Assembly: GCA_019058015.1 (NCBI GenBank)
Contig: JAHLWH010000209.1
Span: 1 to 23,825, forward strand
Length of the DNA stretch: 23,825 nucleotides
Direction of reading: 5' to 3'
Source: Promethearchaeota archaeon
GTDB lineage: Archaea > Asgardarchaeota > Lokiarchaeia > Sigyniarchaeales > SOKP01
The notes beneath the pieces are model-generated. The model had not been told where the DNA came from and made no database searches. It was given only the letters and a program-made list of their open reading frames with translations. A program made the position numbers and the translations under genes. Positions 19,885 through 23,825 of this stretch are shown here, in pieces. Positions within the stretch are counted from its first letter, which is position 1. Each line of letters starts with the position of its first letter.

Positions 19885-20449
19885 GTAAAAAATACTTGCC
19901 CTCGAGCGATATCTTCTGTCACACCTCGCATGCTTAAATCGAGATAATCAATTACTTCAATTTCTGGCAGAACAATATGTTTTCGAGCCTTTTTTTTTCT
20001 GTTAGTTGAATCTTATTTTTTAAAAAACCGTTTTTAAATATATGAATTAAAGTCTGGACACCATAAAATAACCCTTGATCAGTTTTAGAATAAGTTGCCA
20101 CCATGTTATTCGAAATAATCAACCCATAACTCTCATCATCTTTAAGATTTCTCTCATTGATACGATTTTTTGATTGAATGTCTTTGAAAACTTCAAAAGT
20201 GCCAGAATATTCATATTTCAGAGCGCAAAATTTATCAAGCGCATCATTTATATCATCTAATATCAATTTAGATTTCTCTGTATTAAAAAAGTAAAATTCC
20301 GAATCTTCTTTTAATGAATATGCATAATTTTTTTTACCAAGAATAAGCTGTTGAGGTGGTGGAATCAAAATAGGTCTCTCTGAAGATAAATTCTCTAATT
20401 TTTCAAGATTTGTAATAATTAAACCCTTTAGATTTTTCAAGCAATTCAC
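19885..20449 (-). pseudogene. Truncated, frameshifted 5' fragment of a GH20 gene (copy B)
   Basis: Homologous to residues ~1-187 of 14324..17020. A 1-nt deletion lies in the T-run at ~19990..19998. The shifted frame continues KHIVLPEIEVIDYLDLSMRGVTEDIARGQVF, then homology stops. No catalytic barrel. Confidence 0.88.
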
Positions 20450-20575
20450 CTCATAATTAAATTCGTTATTTTATTTTTTTCATTTTCATTATATTTAATA
20501 TTAAACGATTGACTAATTAAAGTATAAAACAATCAAATGAAATTATTAAAAAACATCAATAAGTGAAAAAATAAG

Positions 20576-21802
20576 ATGTATGACTACAAAAGTTATAAAG
20601 ATGTAGACCTAAAGGGTAAAAAAATTTTAATACGTGTAGATATCAACTCCAATATCGATACAAGCGGTTATACTCCAAAAATCAGAGGAGAATCACCAAG
20701 AATAAAAGCCATTATTCCAACTTTAATGGAATTAAAAGATTCTGCAATAGTATTAATGGCGCACCAAGGAAGGCCGGGCGGTAAGGACTTTACTTCTCTC
20801 GATATTCACACAGAGCAAATTAGAAAGAAAATTGATAGACCTGTTAAATTCGTAGATGATATTTTCGGTCCTAAGGCCGTTCAAGCAATAAAAGACTTGA
20901 AAATTGGCGAGATATTAGTTCTAGATAACATCCGAAAATGGGATACCGAAAATAAAAGTTTTAAGGATTTTGCCGAAGCTGAAGAAACTGAAATGGTACA
21001 AGTATTATCTCCATTATTCGATTACTTTATCGAAGATGGCTTCGGCGTAGCACATCGAGCACAACCAAGTATTGTTGGATTTAAAACATTATTAGCTGGT
21101 CCCTTAATTGTTAAAGAATTTGAGTATATGGCAAAAATTATTGAGAAGCCAGAAAAGCCAGTTGCCATGTTGATTGGAGGAGCTAAAGCTATAGGTAAAT
21201 ATAAAGCGATGAAATATAACTTTGAAAATGACAGACTAGATTACGCATTATGCAGTGGTTTAACAGCAATTCTTATAATGGAAGCGATTGGAATGAATAT
21301 GGGCACTAAGAATAAAGATATTATTTCTAAGGATTTAGAAGCAAACAAAGATGACATTATTTCTACCTACAATAAATTTAAGGATAAGATAATACTTCCA
21401 AAAGATTTGGTAATTAAGGAGAATGGGGGCACGAAAAACATCTCAACCGAAGAAGCTGGTAAATACAACACAATTACTGGTGATATTGGTCCAAAAACCG
21501 TAAAAGAATTCTCTGATATAATTGTGAAATGTAAAACCATTATTGCTAATGGTCCTCCCGGAATTTTTGAAGATGAAGTGTTTAGAGATGGAACAAAAGC
21601 GATGGTCAAAGCGATGGCTGAGGCTTCATTGCAAAATAATGCTCTAACCGTGATTGGTGGGGGTGAAATGGGGTTAGCTGCTGAAATGTTTGGTTATGGT
21701 GATAAAGTCTCCTTCATTTCTACAGGTGGCGGAGCAATGTTAGAACTATTATCAGGAAAAGAAGTGCCTTTAGTTAAAGCCTTTAGAGAGAAGAAACCTT
21801 AA
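20576..21802 (+). CDS. pgk: Phosphoglycerate kinase (archaeal type)
   Basis: ILIRVDINS, MAHQGRPG, DGFGVAHRAQPS, IGGAK, GDIGPKT, NGPPGIFE, FISTGGGA. Confidence 0.97.
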   Translation: MYDYKSYKDVDLKGKKILIRVDINSNIDTSGYTPKIRGESPRIKAIIPTLMELKDSAIVLMAHQGRPGGKDFTSLDIHTEQIRKKIDRPVKFVDDIFGPKAVQAIKDLKIGEILVLDNIRKWDTENKSFKDFAEAEETEMVQVLSPLFDYFIEDGFGVAHRAQPSIVGFKTLLAGPLIVKEFEYMAKIIEKPEKPVAMLIGGAKAIGKYKAMKYNFENDRLDYALCSGLTAILIMEAIGMNMGTKNKDIISKDLEANKDDIISTYNKFKDKIILPKDLVIKENGGTKNISTEEAGKYNTITGDIGPKTVKEFSDIIVKCKTIIANGPPGIFEDEVFRDGTKAMVKAMAEASLQNNALTVIGGGEMGLAAEMFGYGDKVSFISTGGGAMLELLSGKEVPLVKAFREKKP

Positions 21803-21826
21803 ATCTAATTATTAAATATTTACTCC

Positions 21827-21840
21827 TTTTTTTGTTTTTT
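21827..21840 (+). terminator. Oligo-T tract, probable archaeal terminator of pgk
   Basis: tttttttgtttttt about 25 nt after the pgk stop codon. Confidence 0.45.
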
Positions 21841-22052
21841 AATTGATTAGAAGATCTTAAAAAAAAATTAGTGAATAATATAAGTGCCAGTTTCATATCT
21901 TAAGAATTGACATTGGTTCTATGCTTGAAATGGGGATTATATTCGAATTTTTTCTTATAATTTGGGCATTATTTAGAATAATTTTATTTTTAGTTAAAGA
22001 TAATACATCAGAAAAACAATAAATTTAAATAATTGAATTTGATACACTAGAT

Positions 22053-22331
22053 CTAATACCTTTCTCTTTCGTTTCTAATTAAATCCTCAGCAGATTTGGT
22101 TAAATTAGATGAAAATGAAAAATTCTCCATTGAAATCAATTTATTAACAATTTTTTTTCTTAATTCTTCATCTGAATCTTCTTGCCATTCAAAAGGTACA
22201 GTTTCTTGTTGAAGCTTTTCAAGAAGTAACTTCTTAATCGCTTGACTCCGATTTTTATACCTTCCTTTTTTTACAAGATGATCAATTTTTTTTAAATCTA
22301 CATCATCAATGCGAAGGGGAATAGTTGGCAT
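22053..22331 (-). CDS. Ribbon-helix-helix (CopG/Arc/MetJ) protein, VapB-like antitoxin/regulator
   Basis: TIPLRIDDVDLKKIDHLVKKGRYKNRSQAIKKLL is an RHH signature; the C-terminal SAEDLIRNERERY resembles archaeal antitoxin ends. Confidence 0.8.
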   Translation of the reverse strand: MPTIPLRIDDVDLKKIDHLVKKGRYKNRSQAIKKLLLEKLQQETVPFEWQEDSDEELRKKIVNKLISMENFSFSSNLTKSAEDLIRNERERY

Positions 22332-22525
22332 TATGTATAATATTATTTTTTGTACATATAGATTTATTTATATATTTAATAATTGAATTTTTTTATTTCA
22401 TTTTCTATTTTCAGTTTATTCCCAAGAGATTAAAGAGGTACGCTCCCATCCGAATACTTCTATAGTTTTTAAGTATTCATCATATGTGTCCTGGGAAATT
22501 ATTTTATATATGAGATTTTTTAGCC

Positions 22526-22675
22526 TCATCCTCCACCATTAGGAGGAGGTTGGAATAAAACCGGAGCGAATATTACTAATATAATTACAATTATTATTAT
22601 TGCCGCTATAATTGTACCTAAGATAATAAATTTTTTTTGTTTCCGTTTATCTGCAATATTTTGATCCATAACCAT
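22526..22675 (-). CDS. Small 49-aa single-pass membrane protein (or 5' remnant of a larger membrane-anchored gene)
   Basis: Manual translation MVMDQNIADKRKQKKFIILGTIIAAIIIIVIILVIFAPVLFQPPPNGGG*: basic patch, ~22-aa hydrophobic helix, Pro/Gly tail. Below the ORF-track cutoff. Confidence 0.55.
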   Translation of the reverse strand: MVMDQNIADKRKQKKFIILGTIIAAIIIIVIILVIFAPVLFQPPPNGGG

Positions 22676-22802
22676 ACACTTTATTTTTTAGACTTAATTA
22701 ATCTAATTCAAATTATATATTTCTATTAAATTTTTATAAAATTACAATAACAAAATAATTCAATTATATAAGTTAAATTTAAATCAATGAGAGAGTATTG
22801 TA

Positions 22803-23825
22803 ATGATTAATAAAATCGAATTAATGAATGATTTTTCAATAGAGATTGAAGATATTGATAAAATCTGCTATGATAAATCTTCCAAAATATTTTCTGTTGA
22901 TCTTTTTGATTTTAAATTTATAGGTCTTTATAGAAAATCGACAAAAATAAGAAAAATCTTAGATGAGATCTATACTTTATTGAGAGACTTACCAGTAAAA
23001 CGCAATGATCTTTTTCTTTTAAATTTAAAAAACTGGAAACCAATCTCTGAAAAAAGTAAAATAAAGCAACTGAATTTGACAAAAAATGATGAGTTTGTAT
23101 TTGGAATAAGGTTTAATATTAATATAATCGATGAAAATATTGAACAGCATAAATTATTTAGAGATATTTTCCCTCACAAGATACCTTTTAATATGATTCT
23201 ACAGAAATTCACAACAGATGTGGGCATAGATAATAGATCTTTTGAACTTTATGTAAAAGAAAAATCTATGGCTCAGTGGATTTTATTCGAGGATAATGGT
23301 GAGAAACTATTTGAAGATATAATAAGTGAATACGGAAATGTTTTTGAATTGCGAATTAAGAAATTTGAATTAAAAGAAGAAAAATATCTTGTAATATATT
23401 TTGAAAATAAGCTATTGCCAGAGCACGAACTTGTGCCATTCCCAGTTTTACCTACTTCGACTATAACTGATCTTTTACCCGAATTATCAAAAAAATTTAA
23501 TATTCAACCACAAGATGTATCTATAACAGAAAAATATGGAACTATATTTTCACCAGAAGATTATATGCTACCAATTAAAGAATTGAAGGAAAAATATGGA
23601 GATACGTTTGATATAATTGAAATCCATTTTGCAGGTGGTGGTCCTCCTCCTCCAATGGAAAAAGATATGTTTGTAGAAGAAATTAAAGAGGAAGAGAAGA
23701 AAAAATTACGGAAAAAAGCATTACCTTCAACATTATCACGCCCAGCAGGTCCACCTAGATCTAAAGAAGTTAGTAAACAAGAAGTTCCTAAATTGGCTTC
23801 AGTGATGGCACCTTCTCTACCAGAA
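22803..23825 (+). CDS. Protein with putative tandem ubiquitin-like/UFM1-like beta-grasp domains, internal AGG and Pro-rich linker; 3' end beyond right window edge
   Basis: Open frame of 341 codons from ATG 22803 to the window end. Segments KPISEKSKIKQLNLTKNDEFVF (ubiquitin-like), IPFNMILQKF..EDIISEYGNVFELR and LVIYFEN..STITDLLPELSKKFNIQPQDVSI..ELKEKYGDTFDIIEIHFAGG (UFM1-like). The ORF is solid; the domain call is by eye. Not in the ORF track. Confidence 0.7.
   Translation, partial: MINKIELMNDFSIEIEDIDKICYDKSSKIFSVDLFDFKFIGLYRKSTKIRKILDEIYTLLRDLPVKRNDLFLLNLKNWKPISEKSKIKQLNLTKNDEFVFGIRFNINIIDENIEQHKLFRDIFPHKIPFNMILQKFTTDVGIDNRSFELYVKEKSMAQWILFEDNGEKLFEDIISEYGNVFELRIKKFELKEEKYLVIYFENKLLPEHELVPFPVLPTSTITDLLPELSKKFNIQPQDVSITEKYGTIFSPEDYMLPIKELKEKYGDTFDIIEIHFAGGGPPPPMEKDMFVEEIKEEEKKKLRKKALPSTLSRPAGPPRSKEVSKQEVPKLASVMAPSLPE

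Noticed and set aside
16460-20449. Classical IS/transposon or prophage with target-site duplication
   Set aside because: No transposase or integrase motifs and no terminal inverted repeats. The flanking repeat is long and highly diverged rather than a short identical TSD.
11617-21609. Track ORFs 11617..11805, 11968..12243, 18162..18344 and 21367..21609
   Set aside because: Antisense shadows of the peptidase pseudogene, the HNH gene and pgk.

Overview
AT-rich archaeal chromosomal window, very probably from an Asgard archaeon (Lokiarchaeia-like). The evidence is a gelsolin-domain gene, a Loki-CTERM-type sorting tail, ubiquitin/UFM1-like domains and an archaeal-type PGK. The two most informative genes are missing from the ORF track because they run off the window edges. 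On the left is a 1DGelX-like gelsolin (<1..497, -). On the right is a protein (22803..>23825, +) with what look like three tandem beta-grasp domains (one ubiquitin-like, two UFM1-like) ending in an internal AGG before a Pro-rich tail. Between them lie a divergent pair of atypical homocitrate/isopropylmalate-synthase-family paralogs, an MFS/4Fe-4S/Cys-protein operon, an orphan beta-class DNA methyltransferase, NikR, TPR and MBL genes, a broken C13 (legumain-like) surface peptidase, a core (MetE C-terminal) methionine synthase, a GH20 hexosaminidase, pgk and an orphan RHH antitoxin-like gene. A decayed tandem-HNH endonuclease gene sits between two diverged copies of the GH20 5' end, and the orphan copy is cut just after the conserved EDIARGQVF motif. 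This suggests a homing-type or gene-replacement insertion. No rRNA, tRNA, CRISPR array or transposase was seen. All family calls are by-eye motif recognition; no database searches were run.
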